Source: Spirochaetaceae bacterium (GTDB lineage: Bacteria > Spirochaetota > Spirochaetia > Treponematales > Breznakiellaceae). From it: a stretch of 38,674 nucleotides of DNA. This document shows positions 24,854 through 33,062 of the stretch, in pieces (the first letter of the stretch is position 1; each line of letters opens with the position of its first letter). The DNA lies in NCBI GenBank assembly GCA_031282435.1, contig JAITDS010000015.1:1-38674 (forward strand). The letters are read 5' to 3'. The notes beneath the pieces are model-generated. The model was not told the DNA's origin. It saw only the letters and a program-made list of their open reading frames with translations, and ran no database searches. The position numbers were made by a program, and so were the translations under genes.

Positions 24854-26521
24854 TTGGAGGATGCTTTGGAACTTTCAAATTTGCAAAAAGCCCGTTACGG
24901 GTATCAACCTAAACTTCCGGCGATTTTAGCGGGAGATATATCGGAACTCTCCGTTGAGACGGGGGGGGCGACTGAGGCGCTTTCTCATCAACAAGAGATT
25001 AAGTCGATGTTTAAGCATTGTTACGGCAAACCTATTGCGCGTTTTGTTAAGGGACGGAATGAGAAGACCGCCCAAGTCTTGAAAGTTGGGGTGATTCTCT
25101 CCGGCGGACAGGCGCCGGGCGGTCATAATGTTATCGCGGGGCTGTTTGACGGACTTAAAAAAGGGAATCCCGCCTCGAAACTTTACGGGTTTTTAGGCGG
25201 GCCTTCGGGTCTTATTGACTGCAAATATATAGAAATAGACGCAAAATTGGTGGATCAATACCGTAATACGGGCGGTTTTGACATGATAGGTTCGGGTAGA
25301 ACTAAAATCGAGATGCTGGAGCAGTTCAACGCTTCGCTGGAAACCGCAAAAAAACTCAATTTGAACGCGCTTGTGATAATCGGCGGGGACGACAGCAACA
25401 CTAACGCGGCCATGCTTGCCGAATATTTTGTTGAAACGGGCAGCGGGATTCAGGTTATAGGGTGTCCTAAAACGATAGACGGCGATTTGAAGCACGAGCA
25501 TATCGAAGCATCGTTTGGTTTTGATACCGCCGCCAAAACTTACAGCGAACTTATAGGCAACATCGCGCGGGATGCTAACAGCGCTAAAAAGTATTGGCAT
25601 TTTATTAAACTTATGGGACGCGCCGCAAGCCATATCGCGCTTGAGGCCGCCTTACAGACGCGCCCGAATCTTTGTTTTATCTCGGAAGAAGTTGAGGCAA
25701 AAAAGCTTTCTCTCTCTCAAATTGTTGATAAAATATGCGAATCTGTGGTTAAAAGGTCAAAAAACAATGAAAATTTTGGCATAGTTCTGATACCGGAAGG
25801 GCTTGTAGAGTTTATTCCCGAAGTAAAAGCGTTGATTTCTGAATTAAACGACATCATGGCGGGGGATAAAACTGGATTTGAGGAAGAAAAGTCGTTTAAT
25901 GAACAGTGCCTATGGCTTGAAAAGAAACTTTCGCCTAAATCTGCCGCGCTTTTTAAGACTTTGCCCGAAGAAATAGCTAAACAACTGCTTATTGACCGCG
26001 ATCCGCATGGCAATGTTCAAGTTTCGCGTATAGATACTGAAAAACTGCTGATTAGGCTTACCGAAAAACGTATCGCCGCGATGAAGTCCGAAGGCAAGTT
26101 TAGTGGTAAATTCTCCGCGCTTGGTCATTTTTTTGGCTATGAGGGACGGGCCGCTTTTCCGAGTAATTTTGACGCAAATTACGGATACGGTCTTGGCGTA
26201 AGCGCTTTTGCGTTGATAGCGCTTGGCTTTACAGCTTATATGTCAAGCATCAAGAACCTTAGCGCCCCCGCCTCCGAGTGGATTGCGGGCGGTGTTCCTA
26301 TCACAATGTTGATGAATTTGGAGCGGCGCAAAGGTGTGAATAAGGCGGTCATTAAAAAGGCCCTTGTCGATTTGGACGGAGCGCCGTTCAAATCATTTGC
26401 CGCGATGCGTGATGAACTTGCCGTAAAAACCTGTTTTAGGTATCCGGGCGCGATTCAATACTTTGGCCCCGCCGAAGTTTGCGACCAGACAACTATAACG
26501 CTGAGTTTGGAGCGCTCGTAA
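24854..26521 (+). CDS. pfp: Diphosphate--fructose-6-phosphate 1-phosphotransferase (PPi-dependent PFK, long form)
   Basis: 555 aa with [27 protein letters not shown] and PKTIDGDL motifs. The start is probably the TTG at 24866, 5 nt after GGAGG at 24856-24860, rather than the TTG at 24854. Confidence 0.9.
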   Translation: MEDALELSNLQKARYGYQPKLPAILAGDISELSVETGGATEALSHQQEIKSMFKHCYGKPIARFVKGRNEKTAQVLKVGVILSGGQAPGGHNVIAGLFDGLKKGNPASKLYGFLGGPSGLIDCKYIEIDAKLVDQYRNTGGFDMIGSGRTKIEMLEQFNASLETAKKLNLNALVIIGGDDSNTNAAMLAEYFVETGSGIQVIGCPKTIDGDLKHEHIEASFGFDTAAKTYSELIGNIARDANSAKKYWHFIKLMGRAASHIALEAALQTRPNLCFISEEVEAKKLSLSQIVDKICESVVKRSKNNENFGIVLIPEGLVEFIPEVKALISELNDIMAGDKTGFEEEKSFNEQCLWLEKKLSPKSAALFKTLPEEIAKQLLIDRDPHGNVQVSRIDTEKLLIRLTEKRIAAMKSEGKFSGKFSALGHFFGYEGRAAFPSNFDANYGYGLGVSAFALIALGFTAYMSSIKNLSAPASEWIAGGVPITMLMNLERRKGVNKAVIKKALVDLDGAPFKSFAAMRDELAVKTCFRYPGAIQYFGPAEVCDQTTITLSLERS

Positions 26522-26522
26522 C

Positions 26523-27428
26523 TTGCCGGCGGACGCAATGGCGGAATCTGCGGAAGCCGCGGATTCCGTACTAAGAGTGGCGGGAGTTGTTGTAGCGGCG
26601 GAGACAGGAGGAACGGTTGAAAATCACCGGAGCAGGGAGGAGGGTCTAATAGTATATCCCGTTTACTCCCGCAGGGCCGGCGGGCTTTCTATAGGCATAA
26701 ATCTTTATCCTGACAAGAAATACTGTAATTTCAACTGCGCTTACTGCGAGGTTTTTCCGTTTAAGAACGATGTAAGTTTTTCAATAGCGTTACTGGAAAG
26801 CGCTTTGCGTAAAGCGGTTGCCAACGCCTTGAGCCGGGGTATTCCAATCAGCGACATTTGTTTTTCAGGCAATGGCGAGCCTAGTATTTCCGAGAATTTT
26901 GCCGAAGCTCTGCGCGTCGTGTCCGCAATACGCGATTCCATGCTTAAAGACACTGTCAGCATCGTCATAATCAGCAACGGCGCGGGACTGCTTAGCGAAA
27001 ACGGTTTCGATTTGATGCAGGAAGCCGTCAGCCGGTATGCTCCTGTAAATCTCTGGCTAAAACTTGACGCCGGCAGCGAGGACTGGTTTAGAAAAATGGA
27101 CGGATGCGCCGCCGGTTTTGAGCCGCTTTGTTCGGCTATAAAAGAATTTGCGCGGCATAACGAGTGCGTTATTCAAACTATGCACTGTTCGGTAAACGGC
27201 GAGCCGCCTTCCGCCAAGGAGATGCGCGATTGGGCGGGGCTTACCGCCGAAATTGCAAAACCGGGGAATGTGCGTCTTGTACAGATTTACGGCAAGGCGC
27301 GGCCAAGCCCCCACGACCCTTTGTGCGAGGCTCTCCCGCTTTCATCACTCGAAGAGCGCGCCCTTTATCTTAAAACAGCCTTCAAAAACGCGGGCGTAAC
27401 GAACACTCCCGTTGCTGTCTACGAGTAA
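26523..27428 (+). CDS. Radical SAM domain protein of unknown function
   Basis: The CNFNCAYCE (CxxxCxxC) cluster motif is followed by SGNGEPS. The likely start is the ATG at 26538. The gene lies directly after pfp. Confidence 0.7.
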   Translation: MPADAMAESAEAADSVLRVAGVVVAAETGGTVENHRSREEGLIVYPVYSRRAGGLSIGINLYPDKKYCNFNCAYCEVFPFKNDVSFSIALLESALRKAVANALSRGIPISDICFSGNGEPSISENFAEALRVVSAIRDSMLKDTVSIVIISNGAGLLSENGFDLMQEAVSRYAPVNLWLKLDAGSEDWFRKMDGCAAGFEPLCSAIKEFARHNECVIQTMHCSVNGEPPSAKEMRDWAGLTAEIAKPGNVRLVQIYGKARPSPHDPLCEALPLSSLEERALYLKTAFKNAGVTNTPVAVYE

Positions 27429-27520
27429 GCAGGCCGGCAGGATGAGGGCGGTTTTTTTGCTTCGCCGCTTACAACGAAAAGGTGTCTGATTTACAGGGCT
27501 TTATAATATCAGAAAGAAAT

Positions 27521-27618
27521 AGGATATCCGAGCCGTGAGGCGCGGCCTGATGTATAATGGAAATTGAAAAGAAATCTGTTTTACAGAGCCGCGCCATAAG
27601 GCAAAACCGGATGTCCTA
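27521..27618 (+). other. Two-stem ~98-nt imperfect hairpin in an AT-rich non-coding region
   Basis: AGGATATCCG (27521-30) pairs with CGGATGTCCT (27609-18), with one U-G pair on the plus strand. GGCGCGGC (27539-46) pairs perfectly with GCCGCGCC (27588-95). Confidence 0.4.
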
Positions 27619-27784
27619 CAAGAATCGTAACACCAATTTGTTATGGAAACGGATAACTGCTTGACAAATAATTAAGCCTGCTTTAGGCTGTATAACATAA
27701 TGATTTCTGTTGAAAAATCAAATAACTTAGCGTTATATTTGTCTATCATTATAGGAAAAAAGGGCTTTATTTCCCCATATTTAT

Positions 27785-27798
27785 CCCCCCCCCCCCCC
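27785..27798 (+). repeat. C14 homopolymer tract
   Basis: Counted directly. It is intergenic, about 480 nt upstream of the methyltransferase cassette, and is followed by TTTATAAAATG. Confidence 0.9.
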
Positions 27799-27814
27799 TT
27801 TATAAAATGAACTT

Positions 27815-27850
27815 TCCCGCCCTAAATTTTCGCGAAAATTTAGGGCGGGA
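27815..27850. repeat. Perfect 36-nt palindrome
   Basis: TCCCGCCCTAAATTTTCG|CGAAAATTTAGGGCGGGA: 18+18 nt, no loop, no mismatch. Confidence 0.9.
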
Positions 27851-28281
27851 GATTAAACATGGTTTGCGAATAAGCTTTCAAATTGTTTTTTTTAGTCACC
27901 ATAAAATATATGTAATTTCTCAACATACGCGCTTTGAGGACGGAATCCTTTTTCATTATAATATTTTACCGCATATTTCCATAAATTTTATACGAGGATA
28001 TAGAATAACATGACGTAACAGTGTACATAAAATTTAAATAATAGTGTTGTTCAGAAACTTCAGTTTTTGCAAGTCAAGCATGACGGCCATGCACGGCTTG
28101 GTCAACAAACGCTAAAAACTTGTTCGATAAGTAGCCGGATTATTGAACAAATCCAATAATTACGAAAAATGATTCGTGTATATGTACTATCGGAAAACAA
28201 ACGTATGAAGCGGTATAGCAAAATAAGTTTGTTTCTATAAATTAAAATAGCACATTGTTTCAGCGGAAGGGGATTATAATT

Positions 28282-29133
28282 ATGAATGTTACTGGAAGAA
28301 TTTATGGTAAAAAAACAGATATTGACATTGAAAATGTAAAAACTTTTTGGAATAATAACGCCCGAAAAAGCTCTTCGTTGAAGTCCGTTTTGTTGGGAAA
28401 TGATTTTGCTGAAAACAGTGCTGATTTACATAATCAGAAAGAGGCTAAAATAGTTCTGGGTTTTACCGGTAATGCCAAAAAGACTATTTTGGATATAGGC
28501 TGCGGAATTGGCAGGTGGGCGTATAATCTAAAAGAAATAATGAAAACCTATGATGGTATAGATTTTTCAGAAGAATTTATAAAGGCGGCAAATAATAATT
28601 TTAAGGATTTTGATGAAATAAATTTTTATTGTATGTCTGCGACTGATATTGATACAACAAAATTATTGAAAAAATATGAGCTTGTAATAATAACAGGCGT
28701 ATCTATGTATATCAACGATGATAGAATTAATAATTTATATCGATATGTAAATAAATTTACCGAAAAAGGTTCGCTGTTATATATACAAGATACAACGAGT
28801 TTGATTGAAATAAGATTAACATTAGACTTGTTCGCCAACCCGGTTGGTTGTCGCCCAAGTCTTTGCAAAACGCGTGGCGTTTTGCGTTTTTAAGCGGAAG
28901 TTGTTCGGAAACTTGAGGTTTCCGAACAACTCTATTAAAGGATTTTGACTCAATTGAATTAAAAACAAAATATAATGCCATATACCGGACAAAAGCCGAA
29001 TATGAAGCATTATTTGAAAAATATTTACCTGAATTCAAATTATTGGAAAATGGAACAGAATTGTTATTTGGATAAAAACAGCGGGGCGAGGGAAGAGACA
29101 AATGCAAGGTATTGGCGTTTTAGAAAAGAATAG
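28282..29133 (+). pseudogene. Class I SAM-dependent methyltransferase, disrupted by a MITE-like insertion and a probable 1-nt frameshift
   Basis: The N-terminal part (28282-28824) has motif I ILDIGCGIGRW. Removing 28825-28934 rejoins the frame (…IEIRLTL|LKDFDSIELKTKYNAIYRTKAEYEALF…). A TAA at 29073 is bypassed by a shift at GG 29070-71, which gives …LFDKNSGAREETNARYWRFRKE*. Confidence 0.7.
28825..28932 (+). mobile_element. MITE-like element (108 bp) inserted in the methyltransferase gene, flanked by TA/TA
   Basis: GACTTGTTCGCCAACCCGGTTGGTTGTCGCCCAAGTCTTTGCAAAACGCGTGGCGTTTTGCGTTTTTAAGCGGAAGTTGTTCGGAAACTTGAGGTTTCCGAACAACTC. The terminal inverted repeat is GACTTGTTCG / CGAACAACTC (9 of 10). TA occurs at 28823-24 and at 28933-34. 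Confidence 0.75.
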
Positions 29134-29240
29134 GGTTGTTCGAAAACCTAAAGTTTCGCCACCGGTAAAAAATGCGGCTTTGTAAAGTTTTGACCTGAAA
29201 AACCTATGAAAAATATTTTGTGGAAACTTGGAGGATTTTT

Positions 29241-30335
29241 ATGAAGCTTTTTACACCGGGTCCTATTATGATGGACCCGGAAACAATTATAGAAGCGGGC
29301 AGACAATCACAGTATTTTAGAACGCCTGAATTTTCTCAAATAGTTAATGATTGCGCGGAAATGCTGGGAGAAGTATTGAATGTGCCTGATAACGCTAAAA
29401 TGGTCTTTCTTACGGCAAGTGGAACGGCAGCTATGGAGGCGGCGGTCATAAATATTTTCACAGAACGGGATAAAATTCTCATAATAAATGGAGGAAGTTT
29501 CGGCGAAAGGTTTAAACAAATTTGCGAGATACACCGCTTAAACTTCGTATCAATAGATCTTGAGTGGAATGAACCGTTTGCTCCAGAAATTTTAACAGAC
29601 TATATACATTTTGGTTTTACCGGAATGTTGGTTAATGTGTGTGAAACATCGACAGGACAAAAATATCCGATGGAAACAATAGCTGAATTTTGTAAAGAAA
29701 ATAATATCTGTCTTGTTATTGACGCAATAAGTTCTTTTTTATGCGATTCTGTTAGAATGAAAGCATTAAGCGCCGGCGCGGTTATTATCAGTTCACAAAA
29801 AGGACTGGCATTACAACCGGGAATGTCTTTTATTGCCGTTTCGGAAGAAGTCTACCGGGAACGTTGTGAACAAAACGAGGTAAGATCATTATATTTCCGT
29901 TTTACCGATTATGTTAATGATATGGCTCGTGGACAAACGCCTTATTCACCGGCTGTTAGTATAATCAACCAACTCTATTATAAACTTGATAGAATCCTTA
30001 GTGAAGGGATGTGGGCTCAAATTTACCATATTGTAACACTCGCTTCTTATTTTAGAGAACAGCTTGCGGAAAAAACAAGGCTTACTGTACCCGCATATCC
30101 ACTCTCAAATTGTTTAACGCCGGTTTATTGTGAAAAAAATAATGCGTTGAAAATAGTAGAAGTATTGCGGGACAGATATGATATTTATGTTACGCCTTGC
30201 TCCGGTTCAATTTCTCCATTTTTATTTCGTGTCGCCCACATGAGCAGACAGCTCAGCATTGGGGATATTGATGAATTAGTCGAATTATTGAGATTCCATA
30301 GCGCTTTATTAACAGGTAAAAATGATAGCAAATAA
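29241..30335 (+). CDS. Class V (AGXT / AEP-transaminase-like) PLP-dependent aminotransferase
   Basis: MKLFTPGPIMM, TASGTAAMEAAV, LIINGGSFGERF and the PLP-lysine motif SSQKGLALQPG are present. GGAGG lies 6 nt upstream of the ATG at 29241. Confidence 0.75.
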   Translation: MKLFTPGPIMMDPETIIEAGRQSQYFRTPEFSQIVNDCAEMLGEVLNVPDNAKMVFLTASGTAAMEAAVINIFTERDKILIINGGSFGERFKQICEIHRLNFVSIDLEWNEPFAPEILTDYIHFGFTGMLVNVCETSTGQKYPMETIAEFCKENNICLVIDAISSFLCDSVRMKALSAGAVIISSQKGLALQPGMSFIAVSEEVYRERCEQNEVRSLYFRFTDYVNDMARGQTPYSPAVSIINQLYYKLDRILSEGMWAQIYHIVTLASYFREQLAEKTRLTVPAYPLSNCLTPVYCEKNNALKIVEVLRDRYDIYVTPCSGSISPFLFRVAHMSRQLSIGDIDELVELLRFHSALLTGKNDSK

Positions 30336-30783
30336 AACAGTAGTTTACACTTCAGGAACTTTTGATATGCTGCATATCAATCATTTGAAAATGATTGAAT
30401 ACGCCCGCTCGCTTGCTGATATTTTGATTGTGGGAGTAAATACTGATGAACTGGTAGCGTCATATAAATCGGACCCTACTATACCTTTTGAAGAACGAAT
30501 AGCCTTAGTTAAAGCGTTAAAGTATCCTGATATAGTTATACCGCAGAATTCGCTTGATCATAGAGAAAAAGTAGGCAAATTAAATTTTGATATATTTGTG
30601 GTAGGAGATGACTGGGCGGGGAAATATGATTATCTTAAAGAACAATGCGTGTCGGTTGTATATTTTCCGTATGGCAGCGGCATAACATCAACAAGTCTGA
30701 AAGAAAAAATATACAGAAATTATGAAAAAATAAAAGAGAAGGCTGATTCGCATTTCCCCGCGGATATAAATATATTGCATTAA
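30322..30783 (+). CDS. TagD-like cytidylyltransferase (glycerol-3-phosphate cytidylyltransferase family)
   Basis: 153 aa. VVYTSGTFDMLHINHL corresponds to the GTFDxxHxGH motif with N in place of G. VGDDWAGKYDYL follows. GSGITSTSLK replaces the canonical RTEGISTT. The gene overlaps the aminotransferase gene by 14 nt. Confidence 0.75.
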   Translation: MIANKTVVYTSGTFDMLHINHLKMIEYARSLADILIVGVNTDELVASYKSDPTIPFEERIALVKALKYPDIVIPQNSLDHREKVGKLNFDIFVVGDDWAGKYDYLKEQCVSVVYFPYGSGITSTSLKEKIYRNYEKIKEKADSHFPADINILH

Positions 30784-30834
30784 TAAATTGGACTTGTCCG
30801 TCCGCCGGTTGGCTACCGGAGTAAAGTGATCGAG

Positions 30835-30975
30835 ACGCGCAATGGGAGTGTAGGGGTGCGGAGCCACGCAGTGGCGGAGCAGACACGGCGCTATGCGCCG
30901 TGGCCGGAGCGATAGCGTAGCCCCGAAAAGCCCGGTTCCCGGCGCGAAGCGCCGGGAATGCGCCCAAAATAGAAT
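30835..30975 (-). repeat. REP-like multi-hairpin element, copy 6 (diverged)
   Basis: GTGTAGGGGTGCGGAGC...GGAGCAGACACGGCGCTATGCGCCGTGGCCGGAGCGATAGCGTAGCCCCGAAAAGCCCGGTTCCCGGCGCGAAGCGCCGGGAATGCGCCCAAAAT. It is preceded at 30791-30820 by a fragment resembling the MITE left end. Confidence 0.7.
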
Positions 30976-31079
30976 TTTTATAGTATTGGATTGCCGCATT
31001 GATCTCTTGTTTATCTTGAGTTTATTTATTAGAGTTAAGCTGGATCATGTGTTTATACTTACTTAAATAGGGGTATTTG

Positions 31080-31556
31080 ATGGAAAAAATTGCAAGTTTT
31101 CAAATTGATCATCTTCGGTTGCTTCCCGGACTTTATGTTTCGCGTAAAGATAAGTTTGGTAATACAACGCTTACAACTTTTGATATGCGTTTTAAGCGTC
31201 CAAATAAAGAACCAGTAATGGATGTTCCGGCAATACATACATTAGAGCATCTTGCCGCGACTTTTTTACGTTCCCATCCTAAATGGGCTTCGCGTATAGT
31301 TTATTTTGGACCTATGGGTTGCCGCACAGGTTTTTATCTGATACTTGAGGGCGATCATAGTTCTAATGAAATTCTTCCGCTCGTTGTTGAATTGCTTGAT
31401 TGGATTGAGGCATTTGACGGGCCTATACCCGGCGCTCATCCGGCAGAATGCGGTAATTACAGCGAGCAAAATCTAAATATGGCTAAGTGGGAAGCCGCAA
31501 GATATGCTTCGCTTATAAAAAAGGCCGCAAAAGAAAATCTTAATTATCCTGAATAA
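31080..31556 (+). CDS. luxS: S-ribosylhomocysteine lyase
   Basis: The HTLEH metal motif, GPMGCRTGFY and ECGN are present, at a length of ~158 aa. Confidence 0.9.
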   Translation: MEKIASFQIDHLRLLPGLYVSRKDKFGNTTLTTFDMRFKRPNKEPVMDVPAIHTLEHLAATFLRSHPKWASRIVYFGPMGCRTGFYLILEGDHSSNEILPLVVELLDWIEAFDGPIPGAHPAECGNYSEQNLNMAKWEAARYASLIKKAAKENLNYPE

Positions 31557-31557
31557 A

Positions 31558-32418
31558 ATGGCTTTGAGGATTTTAATACCGAAAGGTAGAATTTATGATA
31601 ATATAGCGTCTTTATTTAAAGATGCCGGGTTTCCTTTAAGGCTTTCCGATAGAACATACCGTCCTGACTTAGGGGTAGATTGGCTTGACGCTAAAATAAT
31701 GAAGCCGCAAAATGTGGGGCAGCTTCTTGAATTAGGCAGTCATGATGCCGGATTTACCGGAATAGACTGGATAAAAGAAAATAGTTCTGATGTTGAACTT
31801 TTGCTAGACCTTGGATTTGATAGTGTTAGTATTGTTGCCGCTATTCCATCAGTTTTGAAAAAAGAAACGCTTTTTAATAAAAAAATTGTTGTGGCTACCG
31901 AATATGTCGCTCTTGCGGAAAATTATCTTAAACAAAATAATTATAATTATAAAATTGTACGCACCTATGGCGCAACGGAAGTATTCCCGCCGGACGACGC
32001 TGATATGATTATTGACAACACCGCTTCCGGTAAGACTTTACGTGATAACGGGCTTGTAATTATAGACACATTGCTTAAATCATCTACATGGTTTGTCGCA
32101 TCTAAAGAAGCTATGCGCTGTTTAGAAAAACGTGAGTTGATTGAGCGCTTGTTGATACTTTTTAAGTCTGTAATTGACGGGCGTGAAAGAGTTATGCTTG
32201 AAATGAATGTCGCGGAATCGCATTACAAGGAACTTGTTGACGGTTTGCCTGCCATGCGTAGCCCTACTGTCGCTTCTTTATATAATAGCTGCGGTGAAAA
32301 ATGGTATGCGATAAAAATCGCGGTTAAAAAGAGTGAAGCGCCCGATTTAATTCCGCGTTTAAAAAAATTTGGAGCGTCCGATATTGTTGAGTATGATCTG
32401 CGCAAGGTGATACTGTGA
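31558..32418 (+). CDS. hisG: ATP phosphoribosyltransferase, long form
   Basis: 286 aa with MALRILIPKGR, DAGFTGIDW, DNTASGKTLRDNGL and a C-terminal regulatory domain. It starts 1 nt after the luxS stop. Confidence 0.85.
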   Translation: MALRILIPKGRIYDNIASLFKDAGFPLRLSDRTYRPDLGVDWLDAKIMKPQNVGQLLELGSHDAGFTGIDWIKENSSDVELLLDLGFDSVSIVAAIPSVLKKETLFNKKIVVATEYVALAENYLKQNNYNYKIVRTYGATEVFPPDDADMIIDNTASGKTLRDNGLVIIDTLLKSSTWFVASKEAMRCLEKRELIERLLILFKSVIDGRERVMLEMNVAESHYKELVDGLPAMRSPTVASLYNSCGEKWYAIKIAVKKSEAPDLIPRLKKFGASDIVEYDLRKVIL

Positions 32419-33053
32419 CTGATCTTTTAAACGTTTATGTTGAAATTAAAAAAGATATAGACAAAAGACTTGGAGAATTCGCCGCCATTTGGAAAAATGG
32501 CGGCGATACTGAAATATTTAAAGAGCTTTGTTTTTGTACGTGTACCCCTCAAAATAACGCGCGTAAGGCGTGGGGAGCAATATTGTATCTAGAAAAAAAT
32601 GAAATGATAGAAAAAGGCGATGCTCTTTCTATAGCTGGAGCGTTGCGTGAAAACGGAGTACGCTTTCATCAAAATAAAGCGCGTTATATTATTACAAATC
32701 GTGAAAATTTTTATCCTGATACAAAAAATAAAATACTTGAGGTAATAGATAATAAATCTTGTGTTGAAGCGCGAGACTCACTGCAAAAAAAGGTTTTCGG
32801 ATGGGGGTTAAAAGAAGCGTCTCATTTTTTACGCAATGTAGGTATGGGAGATGGTATATGTATTTTAGACCGTCATATACTGCGTCAATTAGTCGTGTAT
32901 GGAGTTATAAATGAAGTCCCGTCTTCGATTACCGGTACAGTTTATCATAAAATCGAACAGAAAATGTTATCGTTCGCGGAAAGAGAGTCTATTCCGGTTG
33001 ACGCGCTTGATTTAATTTTTTGGTACAAAGAGAAAAATGAATTATTTAAATAA
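32415..33053 (+). CDS. ogg: Ogg2/archaeal-type 8-oxoguanine DNA glycosylase / AP lyase
   Basis: 212 aa. The HhH-GPD region GWGLKEASHFLRNVGMGDGICILDRHILR carries the catalytic Lys and Asp. The GTG start overlaps the hisG stop (GTGA). Confidence 0.7.
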   Translation: MTDLLNVYVEIKKDIDKRLGEFAAIWKNGGDTEIFKELCFCTCTPQNNARKAWGAILYLEKNEMIEKGDALSIAGALRENGVRFHQNKARYIITNRENFYPDTKNKILEVIDNKSCVEARDSLQKKVFGWGLKEASHFLRNVGMGDGICILDRHILRQLVVYGVINEVPSSITGTVYHKIEQKMLSFAERESIPVDALDLIFWYKEKNELFK

Positions 33054-33062
33054 GGATTTACT

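Noticed and set aside
24961-24968. A G8 run inside the pfp coding region as a phase-variation site.
   Set aside because: It encodes an ordinary TGGA segment of an essential glycolytic enzyme. A run of 8 nt is modest, and there is no sign of a frameshift.
27807-28013. A 68-aa ORF in the AT-rich non-coding stretch.
   Set aside because: It starts inside the palindrome region and has no SD. It is low-complexity and AT-driven (FFSHHKIYVISQH), consistent with a chance ORF.
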